The notes: generated by a model not told the origin, from the letters alone. A stretch of 64,000 bases of DNA from Patescibacteria group bacterium (GCA_049322615.1 JBMORX010000003.1:3328-67327), one strand, 5' to 3'; counted from the stretch's first letter, positions 38,067 to 47,967 are shown. Translations and numbers: made by a program.

Positions 38067-39702
38067 CGCTTGCCCTTAGATCCTTAATTTTAAGTTGTAA
38101 TCTTTTTTCGTTATTCCACTGGTCACAAGTGAGGGTGTAGACTAAATCAAGTTCTTCATCCGGTGAAAGTTCCTGGAAAATACTTCCCATTCCAAAACCA
38201 ATAGCGTCAAACGTAACAAGAGACAAGGGACAGGCAACACGGAGCTTCAGATGCTTACCATCACCGCCAACAACCTTAGCGTCCGTAATAGTTAGGTTTC
38301 GGCTTAAGAAAACTGGCTCAGGATTGGCAAAACCAAATGGCTCAAGTTTTTTTAAGTTTTCAAAAAGTTCAAGATTTATATCAGAAAAATCAAGTTCCAA
38401 ATCAATTTTTAAAACTGGGGTCAATTTTTCTTCATCGAGTTCTCTTTCAGTAAATTGAGAAAGTCTGGTTTTTAACTCCTCAATTCTGGCTGTTTCAACC
38501 GTAAAACCAGCGGCTAAAGCATGACCCCCGTGAGGACCTAAAATATCAGCGCAGATCCTGATCGCCTCAACAATATTAAAACCATTAATTGAACGGGCGG
38601 AAGCCCGAGAATATTTTTCTCCTTGAGCAACAATAATTGCCGGTCGGTAAAACTCATCTACCAATTTTCCTGCTATCAATCCGACAATCCCTTCCTCATA
38701 AGACTGGTGCGAAACAAAAATCAGTTTACCTTTTCCATCCTGGGTAAGCCACAAATCTCGAGCATGGATAGTCATCTGTTCAGTTAAGAGTTGACGTTCT
38801 CGGTTTTGCTGATCAATTTTTCGGGCTAAAAGCGCTGCCTTTTCTACGTCTTTAGTGCAGAGCAGTCTCAGCGACTCCATCGGGTCCTCTATCCGTCCGG
38901 CAGCATTAAGCCGTGGACCAATAATAAACCCGATTTCATAAGTGCCAATATTCTCGGGAATTATCCCAGCCGCTTTGTAGAGTTGCCGAAGACCCAATCT
39001 TTTTGTCTTTCTGACCTCCGATAATCCATGATAAACAAGGCAGCGGTTTACCCCGATGAGGGGCATGACATCTACCACTGTTCCAATGGTGACCAAATCA
39101 AGTCCGGGTTTACCCAGTCTTGTGGCTAAAAACCAAGAGACGCCAGACCCAGAAAGCTTAGTGGTGTGAACTATTGCCTTGGCTTTGGGAATTTTTGCTC
39201 CCAGTAAATGATGGTCGGTTACAATCACATCAATTCCAATTTTTTGAGCATGTTCTACCTGCTTTAGGGCAACAATCCCATGGTCTGCGGTTATTATCAA
39301 ACCAATTTTGTCTTTAGCAAATTCATCAATTCTTTCAATCCTCATTCCATAACCTTCTTCTCTTTTAGGAATAAATGGCATAACCTCTGCTCCGAGCTTA
39401 TGAAGTGTTTCCCAAAGAATTGCCGTGGCGCAAACTCCATCAGTATCGTAGTCTCCATAAATTATGATTTTTTCTTTTTTTGAGATTGCCATTTTAATCC
39501 GCTTGACAGCCCCAGCCACCTGTTTCGGATTGATTCCTAAATCTTTGGCAGTCAGTTTATAAGGGTCAGGAGGGTTTAAAAATTCTTTAACTTCTTTCTT
39601 GGTCTTTATCCCCCGATTCGCCAATAAAATCTTAACAATCTGGTCAATTTTGATTTTTGATTTTTGATTTTTGAGTTTATTTAATATCGTCCATTTCTTC
39701 AT
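38050..39702 (-). CDS. recJ: ssDNA exonuclease RecJ
   Basis: GDYDTDG, TDHH, PRLNAAGR, GGH..AAG. Confidence 0.96.
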   Translation of the reverse strand: MKKWTILNKLKNQKSKIKIDQIVKILLANRGIKTKKEVKEFLNPPDPYKLTAKDLGINPKQVAGAVKRIKMAISKKEKIIIYGDYDTDGVCATAILWETLHKLGAEVMPFIPKREEGYGMRIERIDEFAKDKIGLIITADHGIVALKQVEHAQKIGIDVIVTDHHLLGAKIPKAKAIVHTTKLSGSGVSWFLATRLGKPGLDLVTIGTVVDVMPLIGVNRCLVYHGLSEVRKTKRLGLRQLYKAAGIIPENIGTYEIGFIIGPRLNAAGRIEDPMESLRLLCTKDVEKAALLARKIDQQNRERQLLTEQMTIHARDLWLTQDGKGKLIFVSHQSYEEGIVGLIAGKLVDEFYRPAIIVAQGEKYSRASARSINGFNIVEAIRICADILGPHGGHALAAGFTVETARIEELKTRLSQFTERELDEEKLTPVLKIDLELDFSDINLELFENLKKLEPFGFANPEPVFLSRNLTITDAKVVGGDGKHLKLRVACPLSLVTFDAIGFGMGSIFQELSPDEELDLVYTLTCDQWNNEKRLQLKIKDLRASDGERI

Positions 39703-39758
39703 GATATCCCGCTCAGCGGGATGTATAATCACGCTTAGCGTGATATAATCATATCAGG

Positions 39759-41105
39759 ATGAAGCTTGAACTTCCAGAGTTTGTTTGCCAAATTTTAGAA
39801 AAATTTAAAGCCTGCGGCTTTGAAATTTATATTGTTGGTGGTTCGGTTAGAGATATACTTTTAGGCAGGGAAGTTATTGATTGGGACTTTACTACCAATG
39901 CCCCACCAGTACAAATTCTAGAAATTTTTCCTGATGGTTTTTATGACAATAAATTCGGGACGGTGGGAATTTCTCATCCCTCATCACCTTATCCTTATGA
40001 AATTACCACCTTTAGAAAAGAAGTTGGCTATTCAGATCGAAGACATCCTGACAAGGTAATTTGGGGAGACACTCTGGAAGAAGATTTAGGTAGACGAGAT
40101 TTTACAATTAATGCCATGGCTCTTCGCTATGCTCAGGGTAAACCTTCACTTATTGATTATTTTGACGGACAAAAAGATTTAAAAGCAAGACTTATTCGGG
40201 CAGTTGGAAATCCAAATAAAAGATTTTCCGAGGATGCCCTGCGTTTGATGCGGGCAATTCGACTTGCCACGGAGATTTCTTTTACCATCGAACCAAAAAC
40301 TTTCCAAGCCATAAAAGAAAATGCCACTTTAATTAATCAAATTGCTAAAGAGCGCGTTAGAGACGAGCTTTTCAAAATTCTCAAAAGCGATTTTCCTGCT
40401 GATGGATTCACTTTACTTTTGTCTTCAGGACTTCTGGAACAAATTATGCCAGAACTTCTCAAGGGTTACGGAGTGGAACAAGCAAAACATCATATCTATG
40501 ATGTTTGGACCCACTCACTTTTATCTTTAAAAAATTGTCCCAGCCCCGACCCTCTGGTTCGCCTGGCAACCCTACTTCATGATATTGGCAAACCAGTGGT
40601 TGCCAAAGGTTCAGGAGAAAAAAGAACTTTCTATAACCACGAGGTCGTCAGCGCTTCAATCGCCAGGAATATTGGTGCAAGGCTTCGCTTATCAAAAAAA
40701 CAAATAGGAAAACTAGTCATCCTTGTTCGCTGGCATCAATTTACGTGCGATGAGAGACAAACTGATTCGGCGATTAGGCGTTTTATCAGAAATGTTGGCA
40801 AAGAAAATTTACAAGATATGCTTGACCTTCGGGTTGGCGACAGGCTTGGGGGCGGCGCTCGAGAAACCTCTTGGAGACTAGAAGAATTTAAAAAAAGACT
40901 TTTAGAAGTTCAAAAACAACCGTTCTCTGTCACTGATTTAAAAGTTAATGGCAATGATGTCATGGAAATTTTAAAGATAGGTCCAGGACCAAGGGTTGGA
41001 AAAATTCTCGAAGCCCTTTTTGCTGAAGTGGTTGAAGATATGAAAAGAAACGAAAGAAAATGTCTTTTGAAACGTATCAGAGAAATCGGTAAAACCCTAG
41101 TTTAA
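39759..41105 (+). CDS. cca: CCA tRNA nucleotidyltransferase with HD domain
   Basis: VGGSVRD, DWD, RRDFTINA, EDALRLMRA, LLHDIGK. Confidence 0.9.
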   Translation: MKLELPEFVCQILEKFKACGFEIYIVGGSVRDILLGREVIDWDFTTNAPPVQILEIFPDGFYDNKFGTVGISHPSSPYPYEITTFRKEVGYSDRRHPDKVIWGDTLEEDLGRRDFTINAMALRYAQGKPSLIDYFDGQKDLKARLIRAVGNPNKRFSEDALRLMRAIRLATEISFTIEPKTFQAIKENATLINQIAKERVRDELFKILKSDFPADGFTLLLSSGLLEQIMPELLKGYGVEQAKHHIYDVWTHSLLSLKNCPSPDPLVRLATLLHDIGKPVVAKGSGEKRTFYNHEVVSASIARNIGARLRLSKKQIGKLVILVRWHQFTCDERQTDSAIRRFIRNVGKENLQDMLDLRVGDRLGGGARETSWRLEEFKKRLLEVQKQPFSVTDLKVNGNDVMEILKIGPGPRVGKILEALFAEVVEDMKRNERKCLLKRIREIGKTLV

Positions 41106-41128
41106 TTAATTAAACTACAATTTCTTTC

Positions 41129-41156
41129 CGCTATCATGATATAAATCAATAGAGCA
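41129..41156. repeat. 28-bp palindromic site, degenerate copy
   Basis: CGCTATCATGA TATAAA TCAATAGAGCA followed by AGCCGC. Confidence 0.7.
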
Positions 41157-41199
41157 AGCCGCTACAATTTCCGCGATTCCCGATACAGTAGCGGAATGG

Positions 41200-41359
41200 G
41201 TATTGCTAAAAAGGTAGTTAAATATTACAATCAGGAAAGAATTAATAGCAACCATGGTTGCTCACCTTTTGAATCCTTAAGAGAAACTTTTACAAAAATA
41301 AATAACTGTTCTAGCTTAAAAAGAACCAAAAGTGGTTCAGAAAAAGGGTTTCAGTTCCA
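41200..41359 (+). mobile_element. Possible IS3-family remnant (transposase C-terminus plus right IR)
   Basis: YYNQERINSNHGCSP resembles the IS3 YYNxxRxHxxLxxxP motif; followed by GTGGTTCAGAAAAAGGGTTTCAGTTCCA, an IS3-like end terminating in CA. Confidence 0.45.
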
Positions 41360-41369
41360 ATTAAGTAGC

Positions 41370-42326
41370 ATGGATAATATAGATTTAGCTAAAAAAATTC
41401 TAGCTCGACACAAAATCACTTCGACTACCTTAGTTCCCTTAACAGGCGGTCAGGTAAATTTAATTTATAAAATCGACAACGGATACATCCTAAGAATTGG
41501 TAGAGATAAAGATTCATCTCGAAGATTACAGCATGAGTTCGACTTATTTAAATCACTTAAAGACAAGATACCTGTTCCGGAAATTTGTAACACTGGCGAG
41601 TTTGATGGAAACACATATCAAATTCAAAAACTCATTCCGGGGATTTTGCTGTCTAGGATTTGGAGGGAATTGACTTCTAAAGTGAAAGAATTGTTAGTAA
41701 AAGAAATAGTTACCTATCTCAAAATACTTCATCAAATTACTTTTGATAATTACGGATTGCAATATTCTGGCGAAAAATATACAAGATGGGTTGAGTTTTG
41801 GGAAGACAAGATTCGGCTGCTAAAAGTAGAGCTATCTTCTATTCAGACCTATCTACCAGAAGATATTTTAAATCTTGTTTTTAAACACTTTGAAACGAAC
41901 AAACATCTGCTTGGTGATGGAAAACCAGTTTTTATCCACGGAGATTTTTGGCCAGGAAATATCCTCGTCCACAAAAACAAAGTAAGCGGCTTTCTTGATT
42001 TTGAATTCGCAAGCCAAGCACCAAAAGAATACGAATTACTCTCTATCGAACGGTTTTGTTTGTATCCCAACGATTACGAAGACGAGGGAAAATATACTTC
42101 AACCGACTTCATAGATTTTGCTGTGCTATTCAAAAAATACTACCCCGAAATACTAGAAATCAAAAATTTAAGAAAAAGGCTAGACCTTTATCAAATGATT
42201 AGATGCATAGAATCCCACATAGGATACCTGGAGCGGCATTTATTATCACCAGAAAAATATTTTCCAATAAATCCAGTCGCTAAAATTACAAATTTTTTGT
42301 ACCAAGAGGGTGCACGAATTTTCTAA
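41370..42326 (+). CDS. Aminoglycoside phosphotransferase (APH/ChoK) family kinase
   Basis: HGDFWPGNIL Brenner motif, LDFE. Confidence 0.88.
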   Translation: MDNIDLAKKILARHKITSTTLVPLTGGQVNLIYKIDNGYILRIGRDKDSSRRLQHEFDLFKSLKDKIPVPEICNTGEFDGNTYQIQKLIPGILLSRIWRELTSKVKELLVKEIVTYLKILHQITFDNYGLQYSGEKYTRWVEFWEDKIRLLKVELSSIQTYLPEDILNLVFKHFETNKHLLGDGKPVFIHGDFWPGNILVHKNKVSGFLDFEFASQAPKEYELLSIERFCLYPNDYEDEGKYTSTDFIDFAVLFKKYYPEILEIKNLRKRLDLYQMIRCIESHIGYLERHLLSPEKYFPINPVAKITNFLYQEGARIF

Positions 42327-42395
42327 TACTTAATTCTAATCTGGTTCAATGCTCTTACAATACGGTATCGTAATGAGGCTGCGATCCGGTAAAAT

Positions 42396-43229
42396 TTAAA
42401 TTTCGCGCTTCTTTAATTTTTTTTCTATTTTTTCTGCAACTTCAAAATAAATTTCCGAACTATACATAGATCTTTTGTCTAGAAACTCAGGGCTAATTTT
42501 TGCTTCTCGAATAATTTTTCTTGCCTGGTTTTTGGTTAATTTTTGCTGGTAAAGTTTAGCAAAAATTTTAATGACTGCTTCTCGCAAAGCATTTTTCACT
42601 AAGGCTGGCTCATGTTCATAAAGATATTGACGAATAAAACGGCCAATGTCTCCAACCGAAAGAGACTCTTTGAGTCTGGTAATCTTTATAACCACGGCAT
42701 TACTATCTGAAACAGGATAAAAAGCGGTTTTTGGGATATCAAAAACTTTTTCAATCTTATAAAAGGCGCTAAAAATCGGTGACTCAAGAATTTTAAAAAG
42801 AAATTTTTTCGGAATAACAAAAACGATCATTTTAAATGGAGTATGGGTAAACTTGTGCATCATTGGCTCACAAAGACTGTAAGGAAGATTAGAAATCAAT
42901 TTATCGAAAGATATTTTGGGCCGATGGGGTCCGCCCAAAATTTTCCAGGCATCTCCGTAGACAACTTTAACATAACGAGGAAGTTTATCAAGAATTGGTT
43001 TAAATCTCTTATCTATCTCAATCGCCAAAACATTGTTGGTGTATTTTGCTAGCTCTCGAGTAATCAAACCAAGTCCCGCGCCAATTTCGACCACCTGCTC
43101 GTTTGGTTGAATTTCGGCGATTTCAACAATCTTTTCAAGAATATCTTGGTCAACCAGAAAAAATTGATCTTTAAGAGGATCTGGCTTGATTTTATATTGA
43201 GTTAAAAGTTTTCCTATTTCCTCTTCCAT
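42396..43229 (-). CDS. rRNA adenine dimethyltransferase (KsgA/Erm family)
   Basis: QFFL, VEIGAGLG, AIEID, SNLPY, AFYP. Confidence 0.85.
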   Translation of the reverse strand: MEEEIGKLLTQYKIKPDPLKDQFFLVDQDILEKIVEIAEIQPNEQVVEIGAGLGLITRELAKYTNNVLAIEIDKRFKPILDKLPRYVKVVYGDAWKILGGPHRPKISFDKLISNLPYSLCEPMMHKFTHTPFKMIVFVIPKKFLFKILESPIFSAFYKIEKVFDIPKTAFYPVSDSNAVVIKITRLKESLSVGDIGRFIRQYLYEHEPALVKNALREAVIKIFAKLYQQKLTKNQARKIIREAKISPEFLDKRSMYSSEIYFEVAEKIEKKLKKREI

Positions 43230-43255
43230 AGGATAATTTTAGTATTCTTCAAGGC

Positions 43256-43283
43256 GGTGTAAGCGATTTAAATCATTAGAACA
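43256..43283. repeat. 28-bp palindromic site, degenerate copy
   Basis: GGTGTAAGCGA TTTAAA TCATTAGAACA followed by AGCCGC. Confidence 0.7.
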
Positions 43284-43338
43284 AGCCGCGCATCATATAT
43301 TAATATATGATGCATAAAGAGGTAATGAAAATCATATT

Positions 43339-43599
43339 TTAGACCTGAGGTTTCTGATAACTCTCAAAGGCAGCAGCCGCTGTCGGATTAACGCCCCTTA
43401 AAAGCTCTAAAACTTTGTTTCTGATTTCTAACGAATGAATAATCCCGTTTTGAGCCGCACCTTGAGCCCAAGACTCAACTTGAACGGTAATGCTTTCTGC
43501 CTCTGCAGCACTTGCTCCAGATTTGAGCAAACCCGCTGATATTTTATTGCGATCAAAAGGCTCGAGACTTCCGTCCTTCTTTTGAACTTGCAAATTCAT
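43339..43599 (-). CDS. Stand-alone ATP-cone domain protein
   Basis: VQKKDGSLEPFDRNKI..., EIRNKV. Confidence 0.85.
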   Translation of the reverse strand: MNLQVQKKDGSLEPFDRNKISAGLLKSGASAAEAESITVQVESWAQGAAQNGIIHSLEIRNKVLELLRGVNPTAAAAFESYQKPQV

Positions 43600-44495
43600 T
43601 TTCTCACCCCCTTTCTTCTTTCTTCAATTTGATTCCAGATGACTAACAAGGGGGCGGCGGTGAAGGTTGAAGAATAAGTTCCGGAGATGGTGCCGATTAA
43701 CAAAGCGGCAACAAACCACTTAATAGTTACCCCTCCTAAAAGTAAAAGAGCAATTAACATAAAAATAATAGTTAGGGAGTTATTCAAAGACCGCGAGAGG
43801 GTCTCGGTGACGGCTTTGTTAACTAAATCCACAAATGCTGTTTGGGGCAATCTTTTTTGCGATTCCCGAATTCGGTCATAAACAACGACCGTATCATGAA
43901 CCGAGAAAGAAAGAATCGTCAACATGGCGGTCACAAATAAAGTATCAATTTCAACGTTCAAGAAATGTCCCAAAAGAGAAAAACTTCCCAATAAAACAAA
44001 GGAGTCATGAAACATTGCCAAAATGGCGCAAATTCCAAACTTAGGGTCTTTGAAAGCCCAGGCAACATAACCTAGAATAAATCCAGCAGCCAAGATTATG
44101 GCAATCAAAGTTTTTACTAAGAGTTCTCGTCCCAAAATCGGACCAACGGTTTCAAAGCGAAGTTCTTGGGGCATTTCTTCAAATTTCTCCGCCAAGGCGG
44201 CTTTGATGGTTGAAACATCGTCTTTGGTGATTGGTTTTAAGCGGATTAAAACAGTTTTGTTGCCGGAAATTTGAACTGAAGAAACATCAAAATTTTTATT
44301 TTTTATCGTCTCCTCAATTGCTAAATTGCTAAATTGCTCAATTGCTGGCTTCTCGAATTTCAATTCGAGTAAAGAACCGCCGGTGAAATCAATTGAGGGT
44401 TTAAGACCAAAGAGGATAAGAGAAAAAATTCCCGGCACCAAAACCAGGGCGGATAAAAGAAAATACAGCCATTTAAATTTCATAAAATTCAACAT
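43596..44495 (-). CDS. secF: Protein translocase subunit SecF
   Basis: IDFTGG, VGP, DTVVVYDRIRE, GTYSS. Confidence 0.97.
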   Translation of the reverse strand: MLNFMKFKWLYFLLSALVLVPGIFSLILFGLKPSIDFTGGSLLELKFEKPAIEQFSNLAIEETIKNKNFDVSSVQISGNKTVLIRLKPITKDDVSTIKAALAEKFEEMPQELRFETVGPILGRELLVKTLIAIILAAGFILGYVAWAFKDPKFGICAILAMFHDSFVLLGSFSLLGHFLNVEIDTLFVTAMLTILSFSVHDTVVVYDRIRESQKRLPQTAFVDLVNKAVTETLSRSLNNSLTIIFMLIALLLLGGVTIKWFVAALLIGTISGTYSSTFTAAPLLVIWNQIEERRKGVRK

Positions 44496-44525
44496 CCGAA
44501 TACTCCCGAATTTAAATAATCCGAA

Positions 44526-45863
44526 TTAATCCGAATTTTTACCTCGATAAAGTGCTCTCAATAGTGTTCTTGTCACCACGATACCCGTAAACAGGGAAAT
44601 AAATATCCCCAAACTTAAAGTTAAAGCAAATCCCCGGACCATGCCCGAGACATTTAAGAAATTCCAATTAAAAGGATTAAATAAAATAAAACAGGTAATT
44701 AAAGTACAAATATTGGCATCCCGAATTGAATCCCAAGCCCGACCAAAACCAAGTTCTAACGCTTGCTGCCAGGGTTTGCCTGAGCGAATTTCTTCTTTCA
44801 TTCTTTCAAAAATTAAAATATTTGCGTCAACTGCCATCCCGACGGAAAGGATAAATCCGGCAATTCCAGGCAAAGTTAAAGTTACCGGAATAAGTTTATA
44901 TAAAGCCAGCGTTATTAAACCATAAATTATTAAAGCCAAATCTGCTAAAAACCCAAGTTTTCCATAATATGCCCACATAAAACCAACAACCATTAAAAGT
45001 CCAACTAAACCTGCCCTCATACTTCTTTGAACCGACTCGACTCCCAGAGTAGCGCCAACATTTCGTTGTTCAATAATTTTGATGGGGACGGGAAGAGCTC
45101 CAGCATTAAGCTTAATTGATAAATCGCGGGCGCCATCAACGGTAAAATTTCCTCTAATAATAGCATCGCCTGAAGTAATTGCCTCCTCAACTACTGGAGT
45201 TGAAATTGGTCTACCATCAAGATAAATAGCCACGATTTTGCCAACATTTCTCAAGGTTATATCAGCAAACTTTTTCGCTCCCTCGGATGAGAACTCTAGA
45301 CTAACGATCGGTTGCCCTGTATTTTGGTCAAATCTAACCTGAGAGCGTTTTAAATCTTTGCCAGTTAAATCAGTGGGCTTAAAACCAGCTGCGGGTGTTG
45401 CCTCTTTCTGTTCCCAAAATTCAAGTTGAGCTGTCGTTCCGATTAAATCAATAGCACGATTGATATCCTTGACTCCCGGCAGTTCAACAACTAAACGATA
45501 GTCTTCACCCCTCTTTGAGGTTTGGACCGTTGCTTCAGTTACCCCAAAGAAATTAACCCGACGTTCGATATTATTCTTGGCTGCCTCTATCGCCGAATCT
45601 CTATCTTCTGGGCTAATTTTTTTTATCTCAGCTTGAAAAACCAAATGTGTTCCCCCGGCTAAATCCAGTCCTTGTTTAAGGTGAAGTTCTCGCTTTATTT
45701 TTAAATTACCCAAGGAAAAATCAAGGTCCGGACCAGAAATTTTCGTGTCAACGGAAAATTTTCTCCAAGAGAATTTAATTGGAAAATCTTTGGGGAGATC
45801 GATAATAAACGAGATAATGGTCAAAAAAATGATAAATAAGAGGAGCAGTCTTTTTTGTTTCAT
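44526..45863 (-). CDS. secD: Protein translocase subunit SecD
   Basis: GLDLAGG, LNAGALP, GMAVDANILIFER. Confidence 0.97.
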   Translation of the reverse strand: MKQKRLLLLFIIFLTIISFIIDLPKDFPIKFSWRKFSVDTKISGPDLDFSLGNLKIKRELHLKQGLDLAGGTHLVFQAEIKKISPEDRDSAIEAAKNNIERRVNFFGVTEATVQTSKRGEDYRLVVELPGVKDINRAIDLIGTTAQLEFWEQKEATPAAGFKPTDLTGKDLKRSQVRFDQNTGQPIVSLEFSSEGAKKFADITLRNVGKIVAIYLDGRPISTPVVEEAITSGDAIIRGNFTVDGARDLSIKLNAGALPVPIKIIEQRNVGATLGVESVQRSMRAGLVGLLMVVGFMWAYYGKLGFLADLALIIYGLITLALYKLIPVTLTLPGIAGFILSVGMAVDANILIFERMKEEIRSGKPWQQALELGFGRAWDSIRDANICTLITCFILFNPFNWNFLNVSGMVRGFALTLSLGIFISLFTGIVVTRTLLRALYRGKNSD

Positions 45864-46093
45864 CTTTTCTTACGATGGAGGAAATTTTCTGAAAGTGGAA
45901 GTTGTTTTACTCCTGAGAAAAAATAAGTTATTCTCCCTCTGTCTTTTTCAAGTCTAGTCTTGACCGGATCACCAATCCTAATCCCTAAATCACGAACAAA
46001 CTCGGCAGGAATGGTTAAAGCAGCAGAATTTCCGGTTTTAATTACTTTTTGGGCCATAATCTTTTTAAGAAACAAGTTCGACTTCTTCGCCAA
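45860..46093 (-). CDS. AbrB/MazE/SpoVT family DNA-binding protein
   Basis: KVIKTGNSAALTIP...LGI..GD. Confidence 0.85.
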   Translation of the reverse strand: MAKKSNLFLKKIMAQKVIKTGNSAALTIPAEFVRDLGIRIGDPVKTRLEKDRGRITYFFSGVKQLPLSENFLHRKKR

Positions 46094-46643
46094 TAATCAT
46101 TACCTTAGAGGCAGAAAGAATTCCCATTAAAAATGGATCTCGACGCTCCCGTCTAAAAGCAAATTCTTCATTCGTCATTACCGTGTAATTTATTTCCTGG
46201 TCCCTTTTGGTCTCCTCGGCTTTAATTAGGGCCGCCAACTCTGGTAAAACGATTTCTCCGACCACCAAAATGTCAACTTCATTTTTCTGGCGGGGGATTC
46301 TTTTAACAAATTTTCCAGAAAAGGCAACAAAGATGATTTTGCCAATTTTTTGTCTATTTTTAAGAATTTCCTGCCCCAGTCCGCAAGTTTTGCTAACCAA
46401 GTTCAACAGTTCGTTATAAAACAAATAATCTTTTCTAAACCAGTAATAAAGCCGATTGCCTCTCGGTTCCTTTTTCACCATTCCACAATTCTCCATATGC
46501 TCAAGTTCTCTCCTTACGGCATTTATTTCCTCATCGGTTCGACGGACCAATTCTCGAACATGATACATCTCCCTCGGATCAGAAAGAAAAGTTTCCAAAA
46601 GTTTTACCCTAACCTTTGAAATCAAAAGATCACGAAGTTCCAT
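46065..46643 (-). CDS. wHTH plus nucleotidyltransferase-like protein
   Basis: SKVRVKLL, HVRELVR...INAVRREL HTH; VDILVVG. Confidence 0.8.
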   Translation of the reverse strand: MELRDLLISKVRVKLLETFLSDPREMYHVRELVRRTDEEINAVRRELEHMENCGMVKKEPRGNRLYYWFRKDYLFYNELLNLVSKTCGLGQEILKNRQKIGKIIFVAFSGKFVKRIPRQKNEVDILVVGEIVLPELAALIKAEETKRDQEINYTVMTNEEFAFRRERRDPFLMGILSASKVMIIGEEVELVS

Positions 46644-46755
46644 ACTTGCAACACAGAAAGCACAGAAACCCTATTTTTCTTCCGTGCTTCTGATATAATT
46701 CAGTGTTCTCTGTGTTTACGGGGCAGGTATTCAAAACACAAAGGACACAGATGAT

Positions 46756-47937
46756 TTAATAACTCACCTCGCTTCCTGTGGGCAGAATTTCAATCCAAAT
46801 TTGTCCCCGATTAAGTTTTATTTCTTTACCTTTCGTGTCTTTAAAAACCATTCTCTCTTTGCGGTCTTTTTTATTCCAAGTCCCCTCTAAAACTTGACCA
46901 TCCTGAAAGATAAGCACTTTACCCGAACCTTTTGTGCCATATAGAAGATGAAGATTCCCCTCATAGCCATCGTTGGCTCTTGACTCTTTCATAAAAGCAA
47001 GGACTACTACCTTTCCTCGAATCTCGCTCTCATCATTTCTATCTTTCTGGGCTAACCCGCCATTAATTCTTTTATAATCATTTGCTGTCTGGTCGTATTC
47101 CCATTTAACATCATAATCCGAATATCCTTTCCAGAAAGAAAATGTCGGACTTTTTGTCCCCCTTTCGCCTTCTTTGCTATCTTCTTTAAATTGCCATTTA
47201 AGAAAATTTTTATCCCAAGGAACACTTGCTTCGTCGACATTCGTCAAATTTCTTTTTTCCGCCACGATAAAAAGCTTATCGCTCGTCGAATACATCGTGT
47301 GTTCCGTCGCCACCGGATGGTCAAGCCGCTCGTAATCTCGCCAAAAAGTAGGAAAACCAATTGAAAATTGATTTAAATCATTTCCTTTTTTAAGCCAACC
47401 ATAGTCGCCAATTTGCCCTAAAGCATTGGCTCTCCCGGGGGTATTGGCACCACCAACATGAGCATAGAGGGGAAAATCTCCATATTCTGAAGCAAAATCA
47501 AGAAAATAAGTTCGAGCCGAGCGGACTGGACCGATTTGAACATCAAAAGCCGAGACACCACAGTAAAAAATTGCTAAAAATCGGGTAATTCCTCCTTCGG
47601 AGACTGCCTCATAGACAATATCGGCTCGAGAAACCCCTGATTGAGGACGAGAGTCTTGATGATTTTCAATCATGACGCTCAATGGTCGGCGCTTACTCCA
47701 GATATCTTTTTCTGCTTTGGTATATTTTTGACCATTTAGAGGACATTCTTCGGTCTTAGGAGCCGATAAATCAACCCTAAATTTACTCTCTCCTGAAGGT
47801 AAGGGAGAAACTATCAAAGGACCGGGAACTTTAAGGTAAGAAAAAGTGGCATAAGAGATACCAGTCGTTAAAAGATAAAGACCAAGTCCGGCTAAAGTTA
47901 AAAGTATTATTTTTTTCTTTTCTCTAATTTTTTCCAT
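46756..47937 (-). CDS. DUF3048 (YerB-like) protein
   Basis: MIEN...RPQSG, EGGITRF, GPVRSAR. Confidence 0.88.
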   Translation of the reverse strand: MEKIREKKKIILLTLAGLGLYLLTTGISYATFSYLKVPGPLIVSPLPSGESKFRVDLSAPKTEECPLNGQKYTKAEKDIWSKRRPLSVMIENHQDSRPQSGVSRADIVYEAVSEGGITRFLAIFYCGVSAFDVQIGPVRSARTYFLDFASEYGDFPLYAHVGGANTPGRANALGQIGDYGWLKKGNDLNQFSIGFPTFWRDYERLDHPVATEHTMYSTSDKLFIVAEKRNLTNVDEASVPWDKNFLKWQFKEDSKEGERGTKSPTFSFWKGYSDYDVKWEYDQTANDYKRINGGLAQKDRNDESEIRGKVVVLAFMKESRANDGYEGNLHLLYGTKGSGKVLIFQDGQVLEGTWNKKDRKERMVFKDTKGKEIKLNRGQIWIEILPTGSEVSY

Positions 47938-47967
47938 ATTTCTGCGTCTCCACGGTATTTCTGCGCT

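Noticed and set aside
47361-47388. TGATTTAAATCA core in the DUF3048 gene as a 28-bp site
   Set aside because: Only the core matches, the outer arms do not, and it encodes ordinary NDLNQ; likely chance
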